Positions 1 to 14,185 are shown, counted from the first letter of the stretch. The stretch: DNA of 64,000 bases from Octopus vulgaris (GCA_951406725.2 OX597826.1:73470001-73534000), one strand, 5' to 3'. The notes: generated from the letters alone by a model not told the origin. A program made the numbers and translations.

Positions 1-450
1 CGCCACAACATCCCCACTTCCACCACCACATCGTAACCACTACACCACCGCCACCACTACCTACTCCGTTTCCATCTACACCGGTTCAGCCACCACCACC
101 ACCACTGCCGTCACTACCGTCACATCACCATAAACACTACACAACCACCGCTACGCTGCCACCTCTACATTCACATGACCGCTTTCTACGCCACCACCGC
201 CATCAACATAATACTATCATCTTCGCCACGACATCCCCACCTCCACCACCACATCGTAACCACAACACCAGTAGCACCGCCACCACCATCACTACCTACT
301 CTGCTTCCATCTACACTGGTACAGCCACCACCACCAGCAGCACCACTTACACCCGCTCCATCTACACAAGTGCAAACATCGCCACCACAATCACCACCAC
401 TCACACCAGCTCCATCAACCCCAGCTACACTGCCACCCCTGCATTATCTC
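1..450. repeat. CCA-rich diverged tandem duplication, period ~223 bp
   Basis: 1-100 (cgccacaacatccccacttccaccaccacatcgtaaccac...) recurs from 224 (cgccacgacatccccacctccaccaccacatcgtaaccac...). The period is not a multiple of 3. Confidence 0.75.
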
Positions 451-859
451 CGTTACAGTATTTCAACACCCTAAACACCCTAAAAAACAATCTGATGTTT
501 GACACGTAACACTGCAGCTAACGGCGCGGGCCTTCTTAGCAGCCTGCCTTCCCTGGCTGGCTCAGGTGTTCTTACCCCGTTTTAATGACAGAAACAGCGG
601 ATTCGGCTGCTACCGTCGGTAAATTGAGAGACAAGCTACAAAGATTCTTGTCTCGTCTTGGTTGTGTATGAAGTCGAAATAGGAGCTCACGTAGCTTTTT
701 TATATTTTGTTTATTACAATTGGCAAGATATGATTGGTTAAGATGTTCTTATGCCTCTCGTTCGCGCTGTCTTGTTTGTGTTGTCATGTCGTCTGAGAAC
801 GTCTTTGCCATGATGTGAGCTTCAAAAAGCGCAGAGGGTGTCCACGATAGATATTGATT

Positions 860-1032
860 GAAAATATTGGCACAAGGTCCCAACAAGTTCTCAACTGGTG
901 CTTATTCTATTTACTCCTAAAGGATGAAAGGAAAAGTTCGAAACCGGCGGAATTTGAACTCAGAACGTAAAGACGGACGAAATTCCGTTAAGCCTTTCGC
1001 CCCGCATGCTAAGAATTCTGTCAGCTCGCTAG
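860..1032 (-). mobile_element. SINE family B, diverged copy
   Basis: aaggatgaaaggaaaag...ggcggaatttgaactcagaacgtaaagacggacgaaat...tcagctcgc is the reverse complement of the family B head/body at 7550. Confidence 0.8.
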
Positions 1033-1116
1033 TTTACAAGGATGTCTATAGATATTACATCTAGGAATGTAACATTAGCGAACTGAAACACACAGTGTTC
1101 GGTGATTAGGCTATGC

Positions 1117-2128
<1,012 letters not shown>

Positions 2129-2497
2129 GCAGTGGTATTATGTTTAGACTATTTTATTTATGATTTCCATAGAAGTGGTTGAAGTAGAATGCGTACTTTA
2201 AACCGAAATTGAATACAAAGAAACAAGAAGCAAGAAAGAATCTAGAGCGAAAAAGAAAACGAAAAAAAAAAAAACCGGTGAGAGAGGAATCGGCATTCTG
2301 TACAAGTCAGATCTTGTTGCGGCCACCACTGTTTACGACCAATGGAGTAAATTAGCAATAAAATGAAATTACTAAATCTTTCCACATTGCGAAAATAGTT
2401 TATTTTAATCCTTGACAAATTGCGTATCACCTCCATGGCGTATTTACAACTTTTGTACGATCACTGACTTTACTTCACTGTATGGTGTATATATATA

Positions 2498-2780
2498 GGT
2501 GCAGGAGTGGATGTGTGGGAATTAGCTTCCTTACCAGTCACATGGTTCCGGGTTCAGTCCCACTGCGTGGAAACTTGAGCAAGTGTCTTCTGCTATAGCC
2601 TCGGGCCAACCAAACCTTGTGAGTGGATTTGATGGACGGAAACTGAACGAAGCTTGTTGTATGTATGTATGTATGTATGTATGTATGTGTGTATGTATGT
2701 ATGTATGTATGTATGTATGTATGTATGTATGTATGTATGTATGTATGTGCTTGTGTGTCTGTGTTTGTCCCCCACCCACC
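2498..2780 (+). mobile_element. tRNA-derived SINE family A, 3' part missing
   Basis: Head ggtgcaggagtggatgtgtgg...ggttccgggttcagtccc with Pol III A/B-box-like motifs, body, internal (TATG)n. Matches the full copy at 32126. Confidence 0.85.
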
Positions 2781-3414
2781 AATTATGCATTTACATTCGT
2801 GGTGTCATTGGTTATGTTATTTGGAGTAATCTCGAATATCAAACGTTTTCAGACAAAGAGACCATTTAACACCCGCTCGTACATGTTCAATTTGTAAAAG
2901 AAACAGTGAAAATTATCTAAAATCCAACAAGTGACTCCAGACAGTTGTTGTTTATTAAAAACCTAATGACAAAGCTTTGTTTCTCAGCGAGAAACCAACC
3001 CCTTCTATACAAAGGTATCTTCAATAATAGCATGAGACGGAGCACAGACAGACATACCCTTTCGCTGAAATTCAAATAACATTGCAAAATTCCGGGTAAT
3101 GTCGAAACAATTCATTTTGGTTCTATGAAGTATTTCTTATCCGGCATCCCTCTCTACCCCGTTCGACCCAGTTAACTCTTTACATTCCACCCGGAACCCA
3201 ACTGACAGTTGAGCGATACATCATAAAGACAGGTTTTCTTTCTATTGTGCTGTTCTTATTGAAGTAAAGCATTTCGCATCCAACACAAACTACGTTCAAA
3301 CAGAACCGCGTCGTTGAAAAGTATATATATTTTTTTTTCTTAGCATGCCGTTCTATAAACGCACTCTCTCTCTCCCAAGCTCTCCCTTTCTCTCTAATTG
3401 TGTATGCATGTGAA

Positions 3415-4210
<796 letters not shown>

Positions 4211-4386
4211 ATTCTTATATGTATGTGCATTATAAGTATGCATGCGCACGGGAGTGGTTTGTATATGTGTGTGTAGATATGCATATAATATATACATGTA
4301 TGTATATATATATGTGTGTGTGTGTGTGTGTATGTGTGTGTGTGTGTGTATTTTATATGTATGTATATCTACATATATATATGTAT

Positions 4387-4553
4387 AGGTTCAGCTGCAG
4401 ATGGTATGATTTCATAATTAGTGTACAAAATGCACTTTTTAATCGTCAGTGCATGCATATTCAATTTTATGTGTCTTGATTATGCATGCACTGACGATTA
4501 AAAAGTGCATTTTGTGCACTAATTATGAAATCATATGATCTGCAGTTGAATCT
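4387..4553. repeat. Long inverted repeat: 78-bp arms, 11-nt loop
   Basis: 4387-4464 versus reverse complement of 4476-4553: 72/78 identical by manual alignment. Confidence 0.92.
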
Positions 4554-4762
4554 GTTTTTAAAGGTCTCGCTTTGAGAGTTGCATTCCCTCGCGTTCGGTA
4601 CAATGTGTTTATTATGGTAGCGTGAGGTATTTATGTATAGTAATGTCCTTAATATAAGTAAATATATTTAAAGGGAATAATTGATAAATTTTTCCATTAT
4701 GAGGTTTTTCACGCTAACTACTTGATAATTTCTTATAAAGATTTTATCCTATTTTAAAATTG

Positions 4763-4805
<43 letters not shown>

Positions 4806-5100
4806 AGATGTATATATATATATATATGTGTATGTGTGTGTGTGTGTGTGTGTGTGTATACACACACATACATATACATATATCTATATATATACGTATA
4901 TCTATATACATGTATGCATATACTCTTATATACACACGCACACAGACATACATGCCTGCGCACACACATACACACACACATACGTACGCAGGCACACTTA
5001 GGATATAGTCTGATAAGCTCATGTGTTGCTACAACTGGGTCAACATCGACCGCCTCCTTACATTCATATACACACATATATACATGTATACGTATGTGTA

Positions 5101-5152
<52 letters not shown>

Positions 5153-5154
5153 CA

Positions 5155-5194
<40 letters not shown>

Positions 5195-5512
5195 GATATA
5201 TATGTATGTATGGATATATATGTATGTATGTATATATATATATGCATGTATATATATATATGTGGCGCGCGCACACACACTCACAGACCAGTGAACACAG
5301 TCATTTTGTTCTAATTACATTTTTTGCTTTAATGAAATACAAGTCAATGCGTGGACGTAGTAAATATTGGAACAGACGCCAGCTTTCAGCGTCTAGCTCT
5401 TCAACACACGCATCTTTGTTTTATTATTCCTATCATGAAGTAACTACTTTCACACACACACACCTATCCCCACTCTTACATACATATACATGTATGCATA
5501 TACATATATTCT

Positions 5513-5797
5513 GAAGCCTTGTTACCGCTTCACTCAAATCCACACACGCAAGGAAGAATTTGTTTATCTCAGTAGAAAGTATATAGTGCCAAGATTAACT
5601 TCAATATATCGTAGTCCGACGGTGGCTTAACTGGCCGAAAATTTCGAAGTCCCTGTCATTAATGTTCTTGTTTAAGAATAATAAATTTGTAATCTACAAA
5701 AGATTGAGCAACCAATCAGATTAATGTAAAATTGTTTTTATATTATAACTGAACATATAAACAAACACTAACACTATGTATATACTCTATCAATTCA

Positions 5798-5800
<3 letters not shown>
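5513..5800 (+). mobile_element. Possible Penelope-type terminal fragment ending at (TA)n
   Basis: Degenerate hammerhead-like motif ccgacggtggc-ttaact-ggccgaaa (~5616-5640), then AT-rich sequence with AATAAA running into (TA)n. Confidence 0.3.
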
Positions 5801-5854
<54 letters not shown>

Positions 5855-5856
<2 letters not shown>

Positions 5857-6050
5857 CAGGCTGAGGAATCTTTACAGCTGTTTCAAAGATTCGACGATTG
5901 GTTGATGTCATGGTGGTTTTATGAAAACACGCATACCCTATGAGGCAATATTATACACAGCAAATAAGCAAAAATATCATCAAAGCGCATGGAGCTTGAG
6001 ACATTATTATCTTGAAGCGAGCATTGCTGAACATTTCTTCAGAAGAATGA
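5855..6050 (-). mobile_element. Penelope-type terminal fragment with hammerhead-like motif (long stem II)
   Basis: Minus strand: TCTT-CTGAAGA ...~150 nt... GAAAC-AGCT-GTA-AAGA, ending at (TA)n. Confidence 0.45.
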
Positions 6051-6263
6051 ATGACAAATGAAATAGTTGTCGACCACATATTTATAATATAGAGGGTAGA
6101 TTGGATTGAAACCAATATATTACTGGTACTTATTTCATGACAACAACACACACAGACACACCTCTCAGTAACTGAGAAAGATGGAACTAAATCACACGAT
6201 AGTAAGAGTAAAAGAATTTGGAGATGAATGAGTGCCATGTTACAAACTACGTATCCAAACGCT

Positions 6264-6327
<64 letters not shown>

Positions 6328-6409
6328 GTAATCGAAGCCATAGAACTGAAACCGATGTCATGGTGACAGACCGAAACGACGAATGGGGACTCTAGTCTGT
6401 GATCGATCA

Positions 6410-6645
6410 AGCAGATTGATCAGCTGCCTATTGGTTTGAACTATTGATTAATTTATTGATCTGCAACGTATTGATGTGAGTTAGATTCACCTGATGTCTA
6501 TTGATCTGAACTATTAATTAAGCTATTGATCTGAGGCCATATTGACGTGAACTATGATTTTAAATTATTGATCTGATACATTTTGAGCTGAACTATCGAT
6601 TAAATCATAAATCCAAGCCTGATTGATTTGCTATGATTGATCTGC
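6410..6645. repeat. Degenerate minisatellite of TATTGATCTGAAC-like 12-16 bp units
   Basis: Repeated tattgatctg / tattgatgtg / tattgacgtg / tattaattaag units, with a loose ~41-bp higher order. Confidence 0.75.
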
Positions 6646-6829
6646 TGTGTATTACTCTCGACAACCAAAGGGACTGAGGTAATGACGAACAATATAGTGT
6701 AGTGTGTCCTACATTGGAGAAACACTACGAAATATTCGCAACGTATTTGAACTAGTAACTGTGGTGAACGCAATAGATAATCCACTCAGCCACCTATCTC
6801 ACCTGCACAATAACTATATACAGTAGCGA

Positions 6830-6975
6830 CATGACGGAAATAGCAGCCAAATCTTCCTCGAATCGCATACTCCTGTCTTAAATAAAAGGGATATATACAT
6901 TTGACATTGTAGTCCTTGATGTGAATACTTTTGACCGTAGGCCAGGCTCGGTCAGCGCTGACCACAACGGCTACT
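6830..6975 (+). mobile_element. Old dispersed repeat family E (core ctgctagaaatagcagccaaatc...ctcaaatca)
   Basis: The core recurs near 11810, 13775, 17897, 22062 and 53428 (+), and 10775 and 41370 (-). Confidence 0.6.
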
Positions 6976-7000
6976 AGTATTAATGCAACAATTGTAAATA

Positions 7001-7121
7001 TATATTATTTACATTTGACCGATATTTGTCCTCATCTTGTTTGTTGTTAACATAACCACGGTGGTTAAGAGTGCGGGCTACTAACCCCAAGATTCCGAGT
7101 TCGATTCCAAGCAGTGACCTG

Positions 7122-7140
<19 letters not shown>
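7001..7140 (+). mobile_element. SINE family D partial copy: inverted 3' piece, tRNA-like head, (AAT)n
   Basis: 7001-7056 is the reverse complement of the family D 3' end. 7061-7122 (gtggttaagagtgcgggctactaaccccaagattccgagttcgattcc) matches the head at ~14720. Confidence 0.8.
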
Positions 7141-7162
<22 letters not shown>

Positions 7163-7178
7163 AGTATTGTTGCTTTCT

Positions 7179-7267
<89 letters not shown>

Positions 7268-7352
7268 GTTTGGCTTCTGCTTTGTATTTGTACAAATTGA
7301 CTTCAAGTCTCGCCCAGAGACTCCAAGAGACAACAAGTTAAAAGCTCAAGTT
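7268..7352 (-). mobile_element. Short unique insert within (ATT)n, probable non-LTR 3' UTR remnant
   Basis: 85-bp unique segment flanked on both sides by (TTA)n. On the minus strand it ends ...caaacat(aat)n. Confidence 0.35.
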
Positions 7353-7384
7353 ATTATTATTATTAAGATATAATACTTAACTGC

Positions 7385-7540
7385 GTCCAGAGTTCAAATT
7401 CTGCCGAGGTTGACTTTACTTTTCATCCTTTCGAAATCGATGTCTGGGGTCGATATAATCGACTATCGCCCTCCTCTCCCCACTACCACCACCACCACCA
7501 ATACCACCAAATTCCAGAATTTGTGCCAATAGTAGAAACG
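7385..7540 (+). mobile_element. SINE family B, older partial copy
   Basis: gagttcaaattctgccgaggttgactttacttttcatcctttcg... Confidence 0.75.
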
Positions 7541-7549
7541 TTTATTATT

Positions 7550-7967
7550 GAAGGCGGCGAGCTGGCAGAGTCGTTAGCGCGCCGGGCGAAATGCTTAGCG
7601 GTATTTCGTCTGCCGTTACGTTCTGAGTTCAAATTCCGCCGAGGTCGACTTTGCCTTTCATCCTTTTGGGGTCGATAAATTAAGTACCAGTCACGCACTG
7701 GGGTTCATATAATCGACTTAATCCGTTTGTCTGTCCTTGTTTGTCCCTTCTGTATTTAGCTCCTTGTGTGTAGTAAAGAAATAGGTATTTCGTCTGCCGT
7801 TACGTTCTGAGTTCAAATTCCGCCGAGGTCGACTTTGCCTTTCATCCTTTCGGAGTCGATAAATTAAGTACCAGTTACGCACTGGGGCCGATCTAATCGA
7901 CTTAATCCGTTTGTTTGTCCTTGTTTGTCCCCTCTATGTTTAGCCCCTTGTGGGCAATAAAGAAATA
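7550..7967 (+). mobile_element. SINE family B dimer (head plus two 184-bp units) with 16-bp TSD
   Basis: Units start at gtatttcgtc at 7601 and 7785. TSD AGAAACGTTTATTATT at 7534-7549 and 7968-7983. Confidence 0.92.
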
Positions 7968-8912
7968 AGAAACGTTTATTATTCATTATTATTATGTTGA
8001 AAGTAATACGAATAACAATGACATCGATGTCGCGACGTTGATGACGATGATGCGGAGGAGGAGGACGTTGGTGGGGATGATGGTGGTGGTGGTGATGGTG
8101 GTGGTGGTGGTGGTGGTGGCGGCGGTGGTGGTGGTTGTGGTGGTGGTGGTGGTACCTGTAATTACAACAACTGCAGCAATGACGCTGCACTTGTAACTTT
8201 TTGAGCGCAACGACGACATCAGCAGAAGAGGCCGCTGTTGTTGTTGTTGTTGCTGTTGCTTGCCGTTGTTGCTGCTGTTGTTGTTGTTGTTGTTTCTACC
8301 AACGCAAGCTGCATTGACCTACTGACCGAAGTTGTATGAGTCACTGTGTCCACGAATGGAACCCACATTTACATATCACGAGATGAAGGGGAGATGGTGG
8401 TGGTGGTGGTGGGGTGGGAAGGGTTTGTGACAATCAATCGACTTACACACACACACACCTTCCTCCGCCTACACCACTCCCTTCCTCTCCCTTCCTCTCT
8501 CCTCCCTTTCTATTGTTCTCTATCTCCTCCTTTTCCTCACTCAACTCGGCTTTGTTTTTGTTGTTGTTGTTGTTGTTCTACACCCCACCACCATCACCAC
8601 CACCACCATTATGGTGTTGTTCCTCTCCCTTTCCTTTTCTTCCCCCAATAAAAAGGAGAATTCCATACCGTCATCAATACACCAAAATACATTAACTTCC
8701 CACTCTGCGCCCCCCCCCTCCAACCTAGCCAACATCGCCACTACCGCCACCGCCGCCGCCACCACCACCACCACCGCTACACCATCACCTCTCACCCTCC
8801 CACTCATTCTCCTCGTCCTCTTCCTTCTCTTCACCGGCATCTTTAGCTGAGAGACTCAGTCACAGACTGACTTGATGTGTAACTGTAAAAAGATATACGG
8901 TCAGGACAAGGT

Positions 8913-8917
8913 GGTGA

Positions 8918-8985
<68 letters not shown>

Positions 8986-8995
8986 ATGATGGCGA

Positions 8996-9034
<39 letters not shown>

Positions 9035-9183
9035 TAGTAGTAATGATGGCGACAGCAGCAGCAGCAGTAGTAGTAGTAGTAGTAGTAGCAGTAGTAGTAG
9101 TAGTAGTAGCAGTAGTAGTAGTAGTAGTAGTAGTAATGATGGCGGCAGCAGTAGTAGTAGTAGTAGTAGTAGTAATGATGGTG

Positions 9184-9214
<31 letters not shown>

Positions 9215-9231
9215 TAGTAGTAATGATGGTG

Positions 9232-9265
<34 letters not shown>

Positions 9266-9279
9266 TAGTAATGATGGTG

Positions 9280-9310
<31 letters not shown>

Positions 9311-9327
9311 TAGTAGTAATGATGGTG

Positions 9328-9375
<48 letters not shown>

Positions 9376-9509
9376 ATGATGGTGGCAGCAGCAGCAGTAG
9401 TAGTAGTAGTAGTAGCAGTAGTAGTAGTAGTAATGATGGTGATGGCAGCAGCAGCAGTAGCAGTAGTAGTAGTAGTAGTAGTAGTAGTAATGATGGCGAC
9501 AGCAGCAGC

Positions 9510-9546
<37 letters not shown>

Positions 9547-9566
9547 ATGATGGCGACAGCAGCAGC

Positions 9567-9597
<31 letters not shown>

Positions 9598-9617
9598 ATG
9601 ATGGCGACAGCAGCAGC

Positions 9618-9651
<34 letters not shown>

Positions 9652-9668
9652 ATGATGGCGACAGCAGC

Positions 9669-9703
<35 letters not shown>

Positions 9704-9794
9704 AAGTAGTAGTAGTAGTAATGATGGCGGCAGCAGCAGCAGTAGTAGTAGTAGTAGTAGTAGAAGTAGTAGTAGTAGTAATGATGGCGGCAGC

Positions 9795-9852
<58 letters not shown>

Positions 9853-9861
9853 ATGATGGTG

Positions 9862-9892
<31 letters not shown>

Positions 9893-9978
9893 TAGTAGTA
9901 GAAGTAGTAGTAGTAGTAATGATGGCGGCAGCAGTAGTAGTAGTAGTAGTAGAAGTAGTAGTAGTAGTAATGATGGTG

Positions 9979-10009
<31 letters not shown>

Positions 10010-10049
10010 TAGCAGCAGCAGCAGCAGTAGTAGTAGTAGCAGCAGCAGC

Positions 10050-10109
<60 letters not shown>

Positions 10110-10120
10110 GGTGGTGGTGG
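8913..10120. repeat. Higher-order trinucleotide array, ~18 units of ATGATGGYG(RCA)n(GTA)m
   Basis: Units counted from the MM-A/V pattern in ORF 8872..10320. Confidence 0.95.
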
Positions 10121-11134
10121 TCACTATAAATCTCAGTCTCCTTATATGTTTGCAAATCTCGTTCATATACCACCACCACCACCACCGCCACCACCACCAC
10201 CACCACCACCACCACCACCACCACCACCACCACCACCACCAGCATCTCTTTCCTCCTCTTTCAATATTAAATTCTTCGAGAATCTTGCCTGGTTTAAAAA
10301 AAAACTGTAAGGAAGGATGAGGAATTCCAAACACTGCAGAAAAAGAAAAGGAAAAATAGACACGATTCTCTGACAATTCCTCCTATCATTCGTACCAAAG
10401 TGATTTCCTTCTCAATGTTTGTCTTGGAAGGCGACTTGCTCTCGCAATCCATTGACAACCGACACGAAAAGCAACTTCTTCGCAATTATTACCAATTCGC
10501 TTCAGAAACACAACGTTGCCAGTTACAATCCTTCGTAACTAACCAAGGAAGGCAATTTTCTCAGTTCTCGCAATATCGCGGACTAGTTCCAATTGTTGGA
10601 ATGCGACCATGCTGGGGCGCCATCTTGAATAGTTTTCATTTTTATTTCTTTAAATATTGTACTTGTTCTATCAGATGTACTTCAGCCGTGACTATCGCAT
10701 CTTATCTTTAAATATCATCTTTTGGACTACATTATCCGGTGACTTCTTCCCTTTCAAAGAATTGTTGATTATGATTTAAGGGAGATTTTTCTTCTATTTT
10801 AAGCAGACCACATAAAGACGCGAATGTATTATTTGTAGCAGACACGATTAGGGATCAAATAAGTTTCTTTTAATCAGCATTGACCCCTTTGATACCAACC
10901 CATCTGTAATCGCCCCTAGTTCTGTGACACAATCTTCTTAAGCCCGGTTTAATAATTCATTCTGCTAAAGGCACAAGAGGAGGGGATAAGTTGATGACAT
11001 ACATACACACATAAATACATAAATACATACATACACACACACGCACACACACACACACACTAAAGGTCAAATCGACATTACCTGTACAGGTGCACAATGT
11101 GTCACATATCAGATGACGAAATGATCGCCGAGTG

Positions 11135-11224
11135 CTTTCCTCCAAGAGCACAATGCAACGCCCGGTCTGGGAATCGAACCCATGATCTCGCAATCGTGAG
11201 TGCAACCCTCCTAACCACTAAGCT
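11135..11224 (-). mobile_element. SINE family C-like head fragment
   Basis: Reverse complement gives agcttagtggttag...gggttcgattcccagaccgggcgttgcattgtgctcttg. Confidence 0.7.
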
Positions 11225-11230
11225 ATATAA

Positions 11231-11572
11231 AGGAGTGTGTACCTAGAAGGAATGGTTTAGAGAACGGTTGAGGAACGGTGGCTGAGAGGGGGGAAGCGGT
11301 GGATAAGGGGTATGGCTGAGAAAGGGTAAATGAGTGAGTGCCTAAATGGAGGGTTGAGGAAGGCGGGTAGATGAGGAGGGGAAGTGACCGAGCGGAGTGA
11401 AAGAGTTGGATAAGGACGGGGTGGATGAGAAGAAGTGAATGAGGAGGGGTGGGTGAAGCCAGTGGTTGACGAGAAGCGGATTTAGAGCGGGGTGGATGAG
11501 AGCGGTGGTTGAAGAGGGTAGATGTAAGGGGTGGTTAAGGAGGGTAGATATAAGGGAAGGGTGGCTGATAAG
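11231..11572 (+). repeat. Purine/G-rich degenerate minisatellite (~14-nt GGTGGATGAGRRG-like units)
   Basis: Repeated ggtggatgag / ggtggctgag / ggtagatg motifs. Confidence 0.7.
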
Positions 11573-12168
11573 AAATTAACTTAGCGTAAATGATCAAAGC
11601 AGTGTCAAATGCTCGCGCGCACGCACACACGCACACATATACACGCACACATATACACACGCCACACATACACATACATACTTACACATATACACACCAC
11701 ACCTATACATATACACACCACACACCTACACACATACGTACAAACACCTACGCACACAAACCCATTAAACAGCGAATCAAGAAAGAAACCTCAATGCGAT
11801 CACTCTACTTGCTAGAAATAGCAACCAAAATCCATCATTTCATAGTCTACCGTTTTATAAAACAATGGAAGGATCTTGGACAAGACAGTCGTAAATGTAT
11901 AAAAAGCTTTGGTAACTGGAGACGATGTTAGGTTATTGTCGTGCCGATGATGCGTATTAAGGCAGAAACGTATCTCTTATCTCCAAAGTCTACTTTTTCG
12001 TAATGGCGTGTCAGCTTTGGAGAATTCTTGAATCTAGTGATTATCTCCCCTTCTCAAGTGAAATTTGTTTTAATTACAATTTGGTAATTATGACACATGT
12101 GTGTATACGTGTATAACGACTATGTCATGCTGTCAGCCATGTCTTCATACATGGTGTGTGTGTGTGTG

Positions 12169-12224
<56 letters not shown>

Positions 12225-12227
<3 letters not shown>

Positions 12228-12590
12228 TTGTGTAGTAAGAAGCTTGCTTCCCAACACATGGTTCCGGGTTCAGTCCTACTGCATGGCACATTGGGTAAAT
12301 GTCATGTACTATATAGCCTCGGGCCGGCCAAAGCCTTATGAGTGGTTTTGGTAGACGGAAACTGAAAGAAGCCCGTCGTATATATGTATGCGTCTTTGTG
12401 TTTGTGTTTGTCTCCCATCACCGCTTGACAACCGGTGTTGGTGTGTTTACGTCCCCGTAACTTAGCGGTTCGGCAGTGATGACTGCTTGAATAAGTACTC
12501 GGCTTTCAAAAAAATAAGTCCTAGTGCCGATTTGTTTCACTAAAAAAACCTTCAAGGTTGTGCTCCAGCATGACCGCAGTAAAAGAAGAA
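12225..12590 (+). mobile_element. SINE family A, near full length, diverged
   Basis: Head, body and tail (...ttagcggttcggca...gctccagcatgaccgcag) all present. Confidence 0.88.
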
Positions 12591-12619
12591 GTACATATAT
12601 ATATATATGTATATATATG

Positions 12620-12761
12620 TTTATTTCCTCCTATTCCTTTCTGTTGAAGAGCGTAGGCTCGAAGTGTAAAAGACTTTTTCATTTTTCCCGAGCGTCAAAC
12701 TAATACACTTCCTTATTGTTCATACACTTGCCTTCGTCTTTTGTTTTTCTATAAATTTCAA

Positions 12762-12763
<2 letters not shown>
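12620..12763 (+). mobile_element. Penelope-type terminal fragment, family P1, with minimal hammerhead-like motif
   Basis: tccttt-CTGTTGA-A-GAGC-gtag-GCTC-GAAgt-GTA-aaaga; ends at (CA)n. Second copy at ~18620. Confidence 0.65.
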
Positions 12764-12804
<41 letters not shown>

Positions 12805-13135
12805 GAAAGAGAAAGAGAGATATCCAAGCTTGCAAACAAAGAGAAATGCATTCAGTACAGAAGTAAAGAGCAAATATTTATTGTTTTGCCCTGATTATTA
12901 TTTGTTAGTGCTCAGAGTTTCACGTATGACACTTGACACGAAACTCTGAGAAGTAACAAATATCACCACAACAATAACTTTGTGTCTATATATAGATATA
13001 TATATATATGTCTTTATGTCCATATATCTGTGTTTACGTATATAAGTGTGCGATGTATGTGTGTATGTACGTTTTATCTTTCGTCGATAACGTCGGACGG
13101 GCCAATGTGTGTATGTATGTATGTATGCATGTATG

Positions 13136-13184
<49 letters not shown>

Positions 13185-14060
13185 GCACGTGTGTATGTGT
13201 GTGTGTTATGCGTATATGTACACGGTCTGTTACATCTGAGTGTAGGGGTTATCAAAATAGACTCCCTTCTACTTCTTGTGCGTTCTTGGCATTCTCAAAC
13301 TCATAAAAACCAGGCCCTTCCGTTCGAGCGTTTCTTAAACTCTCTCTCTTCCTCCCTCTCTATTTACAGTTGCTCTCCTCCCCCTTCTCTCTCTCTCTCT
13401 CTCACTCCCTTAACTTTTCTTACCCTTTGTCTCTGAATCCTCATCTAAAAAAAATATCACTAGATGTGGAAGAGGAAGCTGGAGTGAGGACTAAGATGCC
13501 TTTGGAATTAGTTCTATGAAATAAAGACCTCCACCACCCCCACCATTACCAACGCCAACACCAACATCATCACCACCAACTTCAACAGCGTCGACTAGTT
13601 GCTGTTACTGTGCCGTGAAGAATAAAGAATTCTTCGCCGAAGACAGACCCAGTTTCAAACATCAAGATTTTCTTCTTCCCACATCAACATTATCAGTTTA
13701 TTTTATTGGGGTTGATGCAGACGACCCCTAGTTTCTTTGAGCCAACAAAGGGATATTTCATGTGGTCGTTCGATCTGCTAGAAGTAGTAGCCAAAATCTC
13801 CAGAAAAAAAATCATACATCTTCACGATCTCATCTTCTGGATGGTGTTGATGTTGGAGTGTGTTAGTGTCAATTTATTGTTGGCATGACTCATGAAATTA
13901 ATGTTCCCATTAAAGTATTACTTTAAAGATTTTATTGTTAGCGTTATACTATCTGTGTGTGTTTGTGTTTATTCCCCACCATCGTGTCATAACCGACTTT
14001 GGTTTGTTTACATCGTCGTAACTTGGCGATTCGGCAAAAGTGATCAACAGTCTTGAAAAT

Positions 14061-14185
14061 AAGTGTACTTCAAAGTACACTTTATATTCTTTAAAAAATG
14101 GTAAAGTTGATATACAAGAGGTTAAGAATCAATTAATAATATAATTCGGTCCATAATTAAGTGTACAGAAGTACACTTAATTATG
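14061..14185. repeat. Pair of related short hairpins
   Basis: AAGTGTACTT-CA-AAGTACACTT (14061-14082) and CATAATTAAGTGTAC-AGAA-GTACACTTAATTATG (14152-14185). Confidence 0.8.

Noticed and set aside
175-474. Pro/Thr-rich mucin-like ORF
   Set aside because: It lies in a CCA-rich duplication whose ~223-bp period breaks the frame.
8860-10376. Three 460-490 aa ORFs as real genes
   Set aside because: They overlap on both strands and lie entirely within a triplet array.
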